Origin: Patescibacteria group bacterium
Lineage (GTDB): Bacteria > Patescibacteriota > Patescibacteriia > UBA1558 > GWA2-36-10
Assembly (NCBI GenBank): GCA_018062885.1
Contig: JAGORJ010000002.1
Span: 1 to 53,567 of the forward strand
DNA length: 53,567 bases
Direction: 5' to 3'
A model generated the notes under the pieces. It did no database searches. It saw only the letters and a list, made by a program, of their open reading frames with translations, and was not told where the DNA came from. Below are positions 37,326-45,887 of this stretch, in pieces. The translations under genes were made by a program, and so were the position numbers. Each line of letters starts with the position of its first letter. The stretch's first letter is position 1.

Positions 37326-40100
37326 ATGAAGAAAGAGATTTTGTTAAGTATTTTATGCTTGGTATTTTTGAGTACCACTAAATTAGTTTTAGCTAACAAC
37401 AATGATTTAGTGATTTCTGAAATCATGTATGATTTGTCGGGAGCAGATAGTGGCCGTGAGTGGATAGAAGTTTATAACAGTGGCCAGGATGTAGTAGAAG
37501 TTTTGACGGGCGCAGGTGCAAATAGCTGGCGTTTTTTTGATGGCTCAAATCATACTTTGACTTTGCTGCAAGGAGAAAATAATTTGATAGCTCCACAAGA
37601 GTATTTTGTGATAGCGGCTGACGCTGAGCAATTTTTAGCCGAGCACCCAGGCCTGAGTGCTAAAGTTTTTGATACTTTCATGAGTTTGCCAAACTCTAGT
37701 GCTAGTTTGGCTTTGAGCTTTGATGCTGGACAAACACAAAGTGTTTTAGTTTCTTATGAGTCTACTTGGGGCGGAGCGGGCTCTGGTTTTAGTTTGGAAA
37801 AAATGAATCTCAGTCAAGATAGTACTGTGGCTAATTGGCAAGAAAGCTCGGTTAGTGGCGGGACGCCGGGGCAAGTAAATAGTGATGGTCAGATTCTTGA
37901 AGAAACTTTGGCGCCGATAGCAGTTGCTGATTGTCCGAGTAGTTTGTTGATAAATACGGAAGGAAATTTTGATGCCTCTGGCTCTAGTGATCCACAAAGT
38001 TTAGCTTTAAGTTACGCTTGGGATTTTGCTGATGGCGCAAGCTCCGAGCAAGCTCAAGTTACACATGCTTTTTCTGCGCTAGGAGAATATCAAGTTTCTT
38101 TAAGTGTTTCTAATGGAGAATTGTCAGACACAGTCACTTGTCTAGTTGTGGTCAGTGAGCAAGCCCCAGAAGAACCCGAGGAGCCCGAGGAGCCCGAAGA
38201 AAATTCTGGTGGAGGTGGAAGCGGACCTGATAATCATTGGGATGACATTTTGATTTCAGAATTTTTACCCAACCCCAAAGGCACAGATGATGCTGAATGG
38301 ATAGAGCTTTATAACAACTCTAATCAGACCATTGATTTGTCCGGTTTTAAACTGCAAGATAATTCAGCTAGAATTTTTACTATCAATGACGAATTAAATT
38401 TATCAATTTTAGCTAAAAAATATTTGGTCTTAGAAAAAAGTGTGACAGGAATTTCTTTGAATAATACTGGTGGTGATAGCGTCAAACTTTATGACCCTGA
38501 AGGCGACTTGCTAGAAAAAATAGAATATAGCGATACAGCGCCCGAAGATAAAAGCTATGCTCGCAAAAATAATGATTTTGTTTGGACGAGTGCTTTGACG
38601 CCAAATCAAGCTAATACTTTTTTAGAAAATTTAAGCCCACTTGCCAAAATAACTTTGAAGACTAAAGAATTATTGGTTGGCGAAAAAATTATATTGTCTG
38701 CCGAAAACTCTAGTGATCCAGAAGAAGGTGCTTTGAAGTATGAGTGGGATTTTGGTGACGAGACTCGAGGTGATGAAAAAATAGAAAATCATGTTTATCA
38801 AAGTGCGGGACAGTATCTGGTGAGACTCAAAGTTATAGACGGAGAAAATTTATTTGGTGAGGCAAGTTTGTTGTTGGATATTTTGTCTGCAGAAAGTGAT
38901 TTGAAGATAGCTGATATTGCGCCGATTAATTTTGCTTTGGATGATTTGCTTATTTCTGAGTTTATAGCAAATCCCATTGGCTCAGATGACAATGAGTGGC
39001 TAGAACTTTATAACAATCATGAAGAAAGTATTGATTTACTTGGCTGGTTTCTGGATGATCAAGAGGGTGGTAGTAAGCCATATTTGTTTAGCTCTAGCAC
39101 TGTGATTTTGCCGGGAGAGTTCAAAGTTTTTTCCCGTACAGAAACAGGACTGACTCTAAATAATTCTAACGACAGCCTGCGTTTATTGACACCACTGAAA
39201 GAAGTTTGGCAAGAGTTTGCTTATGAAAATATCAAAGAAGGCCAATCTTTTGCTTGGGATTTTGAAAATCAAGAATGGTTTATAAATTCCAACCCGAGTC
39301 CTGGTGTAACAAATAGTTTTAGCGCTACAAATTTATCGGCAGTAGCTGGCATGACTATTTATAGTCCAGCGGGAGTTTATGATTTGGAGACCAAACAAAA
39401 AGTAATTGTCCAAGGCGTGGCGCTCAATAACACAGCTGATAAAAAAAGCAGTTTATATTTAGTGGACTGGGACGAGAACAATGTTTACTATAATCAAATT
39501 GTAGAGATTTATTTTAGCAAAAAAGATTGGCCGGAGATCAAGGTAGGTGACATGATTGAAGTCTCGGGAGAAATATCCAAAACGGATCCTATGCCCCGGG
39601 TCAAAATAAAAAGCAAAGAAGATGTTTCGGTGACAGACTTTCATTTTGATTTAGCCTTAGAAGAATTAAGTGACTTAAATGATTTGTCTGATGAGTTAGT
39701 AGGTGATTTTGTGAAAGTACAAGGTGTGTTAGTCAAAAAAAGTGGCAAAAATATTTATCTAGCGCCAGACTTAGAGTCCGAAGCAGTTTTAAGGGTTTAT
39801 GCAGATTTTTCGCTAGCAGATTTAGAAATCAAAAAAGGTGTGGAGATTGTGGCTAGTGGTATTTTGACAGCCACAGATAGTATTTTTAAATTGACCGTTT
39901 TAAAGTCAGAGGATTTTGCTCGCGCTCAAACAGTGGTGGCAGAGGATTTAGTTGAAGAGACAAAAATGTCTACTAGTACCTATCAAGTTGATTTGAGTAC
40001 GAGAGCGCAAACAGTCAAAAAAATATTTTTATTTATTTTAGTTTTTGGTCTTATTTTTAGCGCAGTTTATTTTTTGAAAACAAAATTTTATAAAGGCTAA
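37326..40100 (+). CDS. Large cell-surface protein: signal peptide, three lamin-tail domains (LTD), two PKD-like domains, OB-like region, C-terminal TM anchor
   Basis: 924 aa. LTD signatures LVISEIMYDLSGADSGREWIEVYN, ILISEFLPNPKGTDDAEWIELYN and LLISEFIANPIGSDDNEWLELYN. PKD-like YAWDFADG / YEWDFGDE. (PEE)n linker. Terminal hydrophobic helix IFLFILVFGLIFSAVYFL. Confidence 0.8.
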   Translation: MKKEILLSILCLVFLSTTKLVLANNNDLVISEIMYDLSGADSGREWIEVYNSGQDVVEVLTGAGANSWRFFDGSNHTLTLLQGENNLIAPQEYFVIAADAEQFLAEHPGLSAKVFDTFMSLPNSSASLALSFDAGQTQSVLVSYESTWGGAGSGFSLEKMNLSQDSTVANWQESSVSGGTPGQVNSDGQILEETLAPIAVADCPSSLLINTEGNFDASGSSDPQSLALSYAWDFADGASSEQAQVTHAFSALGEYQVSLSVSNGELSDTVTCLVVVSEQAPEEPEEPEEPEENSGGGGSGPDNHWDDILISEFLPNPKGTDDAEWIELYNNSNQTIDLSGFKLQDNSARIFTINDELNLSILAKKYLVLEKSVTGISLNNTGGDSVKLYDPEGDLLEKIEYSDTAPEDKSYARKNNDFVWTSALTPNQANTFLENLSPLAKITLKTKELLVGEKIILSAENSSDPEEGALKYEWDFGDETRGDEKIENHVYQSAGQYLVRLKVIDGENLFGEASLLLDILSAESDLKIADIAPINFALDDLLISEFIANPIGSDDNEWLELYNNHEESIDLLGWFLDDQEGGSKPYLFSSSTVILPGEFKVFSRTETGLTLNNSNDSLRLLTPLKEVWQEFAYENIKEGQSFAWDFENQEWFINSNPSPGVTNSFSATNLSAVAGMTIYSPAGVYDLETKQKVIVQGVALNNTADKKSSLYLVDWDENNVYYNQIVEIYFSKKDWPEIKVGDMIEVSGEISKTDPMPRVKIKSKEDVSVTDFHFDLALEELSDLNDLSDELVGDFVKVQGVLVKKSGKNIYLAPDLESEAVLRVYADFSLADLEIKKGVEIVASGILTATDSIFKLTVLKSEDFARAQTVVAEDLVEETKMSTSTYQVDLSTRAQTVKKIFLFILVFGLIFSAVYFLKTKFYKG

Positions 40101-40184
40101 ATATAATTTATTAAATAAATAAAAACCCCAGCGACACTTGCGTGCACTGGGGGAGAGCGAGAAAGATCTCAGGTTTGCTCATGG

Positions 40185-40712
40185 TTACTGCTTGATGAGC
40201 GGTTGGAAGTTGCCGGACTTTACATCTTTGACAAAGTTGATGGCATAGATGATGAGTCCAGATAAAAGCGCGAGAGAGTCAAGCTTCCCAAGGCTACTCA
40301 AGTGCCCGAAAGTAAAAACAATGACAGTGGCGTAGATCCAGAAGTAGAACAGGTGGATGATGCCACCGAGACTGATCTCGCCTGCCACAGGAAAACCCCA
40401 ATCAGGTTTGTGCTTTGTAGCCAGGCACAGGACGGTGAAAATGACTGTCGCCCAGAAGCCGATGTTGATAGAAAGCACCCACCATAATAGAGATGTTAGG
40501 TTTTGGCTATAGGCGCTTATGAATGCGGTGAGCATCAGTGGCATGGCAAACGTATTGCCCCATTTTTGGCAGTAAAAGTCCTGCCAGTAGAGGAAGGGCT
40601 GATTGGTGCCAGGGATCTTGGATCCTCTAGCCGGAAGATTAGCAAAACGCTGGGCCAGCAGCATCATGGCGATGAAGATCGAGTTGATCAGGAAGGCGAT
40701 GATGAGGTTCAC
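40185..40712 (-). CDS. Hypothetical 5-TM membrane protein (GC-rich islet), GTG start
   Basis: 175 aa. AAGGAG RBS 6 nt before the GTG. About half G+C by eye, against an AT-rich background. A GC-rich hairpin lies at about 40126-40153 downstream. On the minus strand within the predominantly plus-strand region to the right of dnaA. Confidence 0.55.
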   Translation of the reverse strand: MNLIIAFLINSIFIAMMLLAQRFANLPARGSKIPGTNQPFLYWQDFYCQKWGNTFAMPLMLTAFISAYSQNLTSLLWWVLSINIGFWATVIFTVLCLATKHKPDWGFPVAGEISLGGIIHLFYFWIYATVIVFTFGHLSSLGKLDSLALLSGLIIYAINFVKDVKSGNFQPLIKQ

Positions 40713-41089
40713 GATGTTCTCCTTTGGAGCTTCGAGTTTGAGATCTTGTTGTGTAAGAGCAGATATACAATGTTAACATATATTTGCTATTTTGTCAATA
40801 GTTGATGATTTTGCCCTTCTTGCTAAATAGTTCAAAAAATACTATACTAAAGGCGTTTTTATTTTAATATGAGAGATATTTTGCAAGGATTATTTATAGA
40901 AATGCCAATTTCCATTATAGCGAATACGCCGTGGAATTTAGTTTTGATACTTTTGGGGGCTTTTTTCTTGTTCAAAACTTTAGGTGTCTTTGAGGCTGTT
41001 AGTCAAATCTTGTAGTAAGATTGACTAATTTAGTGATTTCCTTTATAAATAGATAATTGTATTATATAGAGTATAGTGTTATTTTACGT

Positions 41090-41174
41090 GCCGGAGTGGT
41101 GAAATTGGTAGACACGCTTGGCTTAGGACCAAGTGCCTTCGGGTGTGGGGGTTCAAGTCCTCTCTCCGGTACCA
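41090..41174 (+). tRNA. tRNA-Leu (anticodon TAG), long variable arm, CCA encoded
   Basis: Manual fold: acceptor GCCGGAG/CTCCGGT, anticodon arm CTTGG-CTTAGGA-CCAAG, variable arm TGCCTTCGGGTGT, T loop TTCAAGT, A-CCA end. Confidence 0.9.
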
Positions 41175-41186
41175 TTTATAATTTTA

Positions 41187-41263
41187 GGGCATATAGCTCA
41201 GCTGGTTAGAGCGCTACATTGACATTGTAGAGGTCAGAGGTTCGAGTCCTCTTATGCCCACCA
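41187..41263 (+). tRNA. tRNA-Val (anticodon GAC), CCA encoded
   Basis: Manual fold: acceptor GGGCATA/TATGCCC, D arm GCTC-AGCTGGTTA-GAGC, anticodon arm CTACA-TTGACAT-TGTAG, T arm AGAGG-TTCGAGT-CCTCT. Confidence 0.92.
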
Positions 41264-41414
41264 TTTTAAGATTATTTACGTATTTTCAGCTAATATTAAT
41301 TGAAATAATCAAGTCGGCCCTGAGGCTGGCTTTTAAATTTGCTAGACATAAGAAAAAAATTGTTTTAATCTTAATGAAGAACTAGTTATTTACAATAAGG
41401 AGAGGGAGAAAAGA

Positions 41415-41930
41415 ATGAAAGAGGAAAAAGTTTTAAATCATGCAACCGTTTGTTTTCCTGTGAAAGATGGCCAGATTATGCTGGGTATTAAAACTAGGAA
41501 AATAGGTGAAGGTTGTTGGAATGGTTACGGTGGTGGTGTCGAAGCCGGTGAGACGGTCAAAGAAACAGCAATCAGAGAACTAGCAGAAGAAACGGGTGGA
41601 ATCAAGGCAGGCATTGAAGATTTGGAGGAAATCGCCATTGTCGATTATCACAACACCAAAAGTGACGGCACTACATTTGAATGCCGAGTGCACTTTTATT
41701 TGGTGAAACGCTGGTCTGGCATGGCTTCTGACACCTCGGAAATGATCAGGCCCACTTGGTTTGCGATTGACGCCCTACCGCTTGAGGGGATGATGTTGGC
41801 TGATAAAGAATGGCTTCCGCTAGCTTTAAGAGGAAAGAAGCTCATGGTTAAAGTAAGTTATGGGCCATTTCATAAGACTTTGTTGAGCAAGGTGGAGATT
41901 CAAGAAGTTGATTTTTTCTCAGGAGATTGA
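41415..41930 (+). CDS. NUDIX hydrolase (MutT-like), GC-rich
   Basis: 171 aa. Nudix box GGVEAGETVKETAIRELAEETGG (Gx5Ex7REUxEExGU). AAGGAGAGGGAG RBS. One hand-counted line (41521-41580) is 31/60 G+C. Confidence 0.85.
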   Translation: MKEEKVLNHATVCFPVKDGQIMLGIKTRKIGEGCWNGYGGGVEAGETVKETAIRELAEETGGIKAGIEDLEEIAIVDYHNTKSDGTTFECRVHFYLVKRWSGMASDTSEMIRPTWFAIDALPLEGMMLADKEWLPLALRGKKLMVKVSYGPFHKTLLSKVEIQEVDFFSGD

Positions 41931-42030
41931 GCTTACTGGTTTTTATCGGTAAGCTTTTTTATCTAATATTAGCTAAAATATGTCTATACAGCCACGGGGC
42001 TGTTTTTTGTTAGTTAAAAGACATTACTAT

Positions 42031-42059
42031 TGACATAATGTTTAATATATGCTATTATA
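42031..42059 (+). promoter_or_regulatory. Sigma70-type promoter (TTGACA-17 nt-TATTAT) for the 42127-42390 gene
   Basis: TTGACA at 42031-42036 and TATTAT at 42054-42059. Confidence 0.6.
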
Positions 42060-42126
42060 ATATATTCATGCACATCGACATCAACCGCTCCAAATATCTT
42101 TTGGAGCACAATCTCTGGAGGACAGA

Positions 42127-42390
42127 ATGCGGACTTATGAACTTGAGATCGAGACACCCGGGGAGCAGGAGTTGCAGCGCAGGCTGAAAAGGAACCTCTA
42201 CTTGGCGACCTTTCTCGCTGCGATTCTAGGTGCCTTCCTCGGCTTCTGTGTGCCGGTTCTTGTGTTCAGTTTCGTACAGGAGGTGTTCATGGGACTGCCC
42301 CGCGGACCGCTTCCTTGGGAACTGGGCTCGTTTGGCGCGATCATCGGCGCGATCATCGGCATTGCGCTGGTCCGTCGTTCCATCGGCTAA
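42127..42390 (+). CDS. Hypothetical small 2-TM membrane protein (strongly GC-rich islet)
   Basis: 87 aa. GGAGGA RBS. The hand-counted line 42301-42360 is 40/60 G+C. Gly/Ala/Ile-rich TM helices (GAIIGAIIGIAL). Own promoter and terminator. Confidence 0.55.
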   Translation: MRTYELEIETPGEQELQRRLKRNLYLATFLAAILGAFLGFCVPVLVFSFVQEVFMGLPRGPLPWELGSFGAIIGAIIGIALVRRSIG

Positions 42391-42414
42391 GTCCCCACGG
42401 GCTTGGCCAAACAA

Positions 42415-42452
42415 CCCCGGTTGCTCACACGCAGCCGGGGGTTTTTATTTTC
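42415..42452 (+). terminator. Intrinsic terminator (CCCCGGTTGC-TCACAC-GCAGCCGGGG plus T-run)
   Basis: 10-bp stem with one G-U, followed by GTTTTTATTTT. Confidence 0.8.
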
Positions 42453-42514
42453 CTTTACAATTTAATCTTTAACTTTTATAATATAGGTATTAAATGACGA
42501 AAATTTAATAAATT

Positions 42515-43087
42515 ATGTTTAAAAAGAAAAACAAAAAAGAGATAGAAGTAGAGTCATTGGAACTTGATGACGAAGAGGTCGCTGTTAGACAAGATGCTGA
42601 CGACGAAGAACTTGAAAATGAAGAGGAATATGACGAGTCTTTAGAGCCAGGCGAAGAAGAGGATGAAGAAGCCCTTCGACAGGCTCAGGGTGACGAAGAG
42701 GAGGAAGATCCTTGGAATGATCAGGCTTTGGCTGAGATAGAAGAAGAAATTGATGAAGATGGTCAATTGACAGTAGATGTTTATCAAGATAAAAATAATG
42801 TGATTATCAAATCTACTATTGCCGGAGTTGAGCCCGATGACATCGATATCTCGATTGACAACGACATGATTACTATCAGAGGAAAAAGAGAAAAAGACAG
42901 AACTATCAGAGAGGATGATTATTTTTATCAAGAGTGTTATTGGGGAAGTTTTTCGCGCTCGATCATTTTGCCGGTAGATGTAGAAGCTGATCAAGTAGAG
43001 GCTAGTATCAAAAATGGTATTTTGACAGTCATCTTACCAAAGAGCCACAAGAAAGATATAGAGATCAGAGTTAAGGACGAAAATTAA
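42515..43087 (+). CDS. Hsp20/alpha-crystallin small heat-shock protein with ~85-aa hyper-acidic N-terminal extension
   Basis: 190 aa. ACD pattern VDVYQDKNNVIIKSTIAGVEPDDIDISIDNDMITIRGKRE...FSRSIILP..V......AS.KNGILTVILPK. The N-terminus is about half Asp/Glu. Confidence 0.88.
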   Translation: MFKKKNKKEIEVESLELDDEEVAVRQDADDEELENEEEYDESLEPGEEEDEEALRQAQGDEEEEDPWNDQALAEIEEEIDEDGQLTVDVYQDKNNVIIKSTIAGVEPDDIDISIDNDMITIRGKREKDRTIREDDYFYQECYWGSFSRSIILPVDVEADQVEASIKNGILTVILPKSHKKDIEIRVKDEN

Positions 43088-43097
43088 TCATAAAAAT

Positions 43098-43337
43098 ATG
43101 TTGATTCACAACCTCAGATTAAAATTTAAAAAAATTGAAAACGAAAAAGTAATTTTGGAAACAGAAAATAATCTGGAAATTGTTTTGCCGGCAGTGCTGT
43201 TGGAAAATTATCGTGACCATACACAAATTTTATATTTGAGTTTAGATAATCAAATTATTAGTGACGCCGAACACAATCGTAAAGAAATTTTAAATGATCT
43301 TTTGGGCAACAGTGAAGAAGAATTAAGCTTACCATGA
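43098..43337 (+). CDS. Hypothetical small protein, translationally coupled to the VanW gene
   Basis: 79-aa ORF. Its TGA stop overlaps the ATGATG start of the next gene (43334). No family recognised. Confidence 0.45.
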   Translation: MLIHNLRLKFKKIENEKVILETENNLEIVLPAVLLENYRDHTQILYLSLDNQIISDAEHNRKEILNDLLGNSEEELSLP

Positions 43338-45235
43338 TGTGGAAAGAATTTTGGGAAAAAATAAAAAATTTTAGAGCATGGAAATGGCCGCTTATTATTA
43401 CGGCTATTTTTGCTGTTTTGGCTTTAATTTTTTGGTTTCTAAATTTTAGTATTAATCAGCGCTATCAAGATATTATTTTACCCAAAGTCAGTATCGGTGG
43501 TCATGTTTTGTCGGGTCTAAATTATGAGCAGGCCAGAGATCTTTTGCAGAAGAGAGTTGACTTTGTCAGTCGTCGTGGCTTTGTTTATAATCATGCTTTA
43601 AAAAATGTAGTAATCTATCCGACAGTGAGTGCGATTGAGTCTAGTGATTCTTCTTATGCTTTGGTGCTTTGGGAGATAGATGAAAGTTTGCAAGATGTTT
43701 TTGCTTGGCAACAAGATAAAAGTTTTACTAATTTATTTTCTAAATTATTTACTTTGTGGCAAGGTAAAAACTTTGCTTTGAAATATCAGTGGGACAGGGA
43801 GCAACATGAGCTTATTTTGCATGACGCTTTGCAGGGTGTTTTATCAGAAAAAAAAGAAGCCAGCTTTGTTATCACTGGCGATAAACTAGTTATTGAGCCT
43901 GAGCAGAGTGGACAGGCCTTTGATTTGCAAGCTGCTTTGACAGAAACTGCTAAGCAAATAAGTAACTTAGAAAATAAAGAAATAAATTTACAGCTCAAAG
44001 TTTCTGAGCCCTCAATCACCGAAACTTTGATCAAAGAAAAAGAGCAAGAAATTTTGGCTTTGAAAGACAAAGGTAGTTTAGTAGTTTTGTTTGAAGAGCT
44101 TGATTGGGAAATTAATTTTTCGATTTGGAGCAAATGGTTGATATTAAAAAATGGACCAAGCAATACTTATTTAAGTTTTGATGAAGAGCTTGCCAAAAAA
44201 TATTTTGAACTTAGAGAGATTACAAAAACTTTGGAACGTCCAGTGCAAGACGCTAAGTTTGAAGTTGTAAACGGCAAGGTCAAAGAATTTTTGGGCAGCC
44301 AAGCAGGCTTGAGTTTAGACTGGCCAAAAATAATCTCAGACGCAGAAATTATTTTAAATCAAAAAGATACAGAAAATAAAATTAGTTTAAGTCTTATTAG
44401 CGTGGAGCCAAGTATTACCAATGACAATGTCAATGATTTGGGGATAGTAGAAATCATCGGTACTGGCAGTTCAGATTTTACTGGCAGTCCAAAAAATCGT
44501 GTCCACAATATCGGCGTAGGCGCTGACTCTGTCAACGGTAGTTTGATTGCCCCGGGCGCCGAGTTTTCTTTACTAGCAGCTTTAGGAGATATAGACGGTG
44601 CGCATGGTTATTTGCAAGAGCTAGTGATCAAGGGCAATGAAACTAAACCTGAGTACGGTGGTGGCTTGTGTCAGATCGGCACAACTGTTTTCCGCGGAGC
44701 CTTATCATCTGGTTTGCCGATCACAGCTAGAAGAAATCATTCTTACCGAGTTTCTTATTATGAGCCAGCGGGCACTGATGCTACTATTTATGATCCTTGG
44801 CCAGATTTTAAGTTCAAAAATGATACCGCTAAACATATTTTGATTCAAAGTAGAATAGAAGGCACAAAAGTATATTTTGATTTTTGGGGCACCAAAGACG
44901 GCCGAGAAATTATCATGACCGAGCCAGAAATTTATAACATTGTTTCTCCACCAGAAAAAAAGATTATCAAAACTTTGGATTTAGCACCTGGACAAACCAA
45001 GTGTACTGAAAGAGCACACAATGGCGCTGATGCAAAATTTGATTATTCAGTTTTGTATCCAAACACCACTGAGCCAGTTTTTACAACTTTCCGTAGTCAT
45101 TATGTGCCTTGGCAAGAAGTTTGTCTTGTCGGTGTCACTCAAGAAGAATTAGACGCTGAAAATGCTAGCTCTACTCCAGACGAAATTCCTTTAGACTCAG
45201 AGCAGGAGACAGTGGCGCCAATTTTGACAGAATAA
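43334..45235 (+). CDS. VanW-family protein with N-terminal TM anchor
   Basis: 633 aa. VanW core YGGGLCQIGTTVFRGALSSGLPITARRNHSYRVSYY. N-terminal helix PLIITAIFAVLALIFWFL. Confidence 0.85.
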   Translation: MMWKEFWEKIKNFRAWKWPLIITAIFAVLALIFWFLNFSINQRYQDIILPKVSIGGHVLSGLNYEQARDLLQKRVDFVSRRGFVYNHALKNVVIYPTVSAIESSDSSYALVLWEIDESLQDVFAWQQDKSFTNLFSKLFTLWQGKNFALKYQWDREQHELILHDALQGVLSEKKEASFVITGDKLVIEPEQSGQAFDLQAALTETAKQISNLENKEINLQLKVSEPSITETLIKEKEQEILALKDKGSLVVLFEELDWEINFSIWSKWLILKNGPSNTYLSFDEELAKKYFELREITKTLERPVQDAKFEVVNGKVKEFLGSQAGLSLDWPKIISDAEIILNQKDTENKISLSLISVEPSITNDNVNDLGIVEIIGTGSSDFTGSPKNRVHNIGVGADSVNGSLIAPGAEFSLLAALGDIDGAHGYLQELVIKGNETKPEYGGGLCQIGTTVFRGALSSGLPITARRNHSYRVSYYEPAGTDATIYDPWPDFKFKNDTAKHILIQSRIEGTKVYFDFWGTKDGREIIMTEPEIYNIVSPPEKKIIKTLDLAPGQTKCTERAHNGADAKFDYSVLYPNTTEPVFTTFRSHYVPWQEVCLVGVTQEELDAENASSTPDEIPLDSEQETVAPILTE

Positions 45236-45644
45236 AAAAACACCCCGTTTCGGGGCTGCTTAGAATATCTTTCCAATTAGCTGCGTCCAAGAAAATCATT
45301 ACTAGAAATAATTTAGCCTGAGCCTAATAAAATCTAAAAATGATTCCCATGCTTGTCGTGGACACAGCTAGCTAGAAAGATATTTTTTAAATCTGCTATT
45401 TTTGGGAATTTTTGATTTTATTTGTATTTTGGATGCTTCCTTCACTGGATAAATCATTGTAGCATACATTTTAATTATTGTCAAGTGCGTGCAAAGCTTG
45501 TAAATAAAGGCTGTTTTTAGGGCCTTTTTGACTCGCATTTTATTTAGCTTTGTGTTATAATTTGCATACTTAGTGTTGACCAAAATTCTTTTTTACAGTA
45601 TTATCTAAGCCATTAAGATTTTAATCATTTTAAAAGATAAGTTT

Positions 45645-45833
45645 ATGGGTTTACCTTCACAAAAACGTACTAAATCATCTGCTCGTCGAAGAGCCTCTCA
45701 TTTTGCTTTGAAAAAGCCAAGTGTTAATGTTTGTACAAATTGCCAAGCTAGTATTTTGCCTCACACCGCTTGCCCAAAATGTGGTTATTTTAAAGGTGAA
45801 AAAAAGATAGCGGTAAAAACTAAGTCAAAATAG
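45645..45833 (+). CDS. rpmF: 50S ribosomal protein L32
   Basis: 62 aa. MGLPSQKRTKSSARRRASH and a zinc ribbon CTNC...CPKCG. Confidence 0.9.
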   Translation: MGLPSQKRTKSSARRRASHFALKKPSVNVCTNCQASILPHTACPKCGYFKGEKKIAVKTKSK

Positions 45834-45887
45834 TTTTTTATAATTTGCTTGCTATAAGCAAAGAAAAATAAAATAACAAACAAAACC

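Noticed and set aside
40302-40805. Plus-strand ORFs antisense to the 40185-40712 gene, and the four overlapping ORFs around 42198-42497.
   Set aside because: High G+C suppresses stop codons in all frames. Only the frames with an SD, a start codon and TM-helix periodicity were kept.
40869-41015. 48-aa ORF with one hydrophobic helix (MRDILQGLFIEMPISIIANTPWNLVLILLGAFFLFKTL...).
   Set aside because: It is plausible as a small membrane protein, but it is too short to distinguish from chance in AT-rich DNA without conservation or expression data.
45368-45583. 71-aa minus-strand ORF in the VanW-rpmF spacer.
   Set aside because: It has a Lys/Ile/Tyr-rich, AT-driven translation and overlaps the predicted rpmF promoters (TTGACC-17-TATTAT at about 45575-45603). 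There is no RBS or recognisable family.
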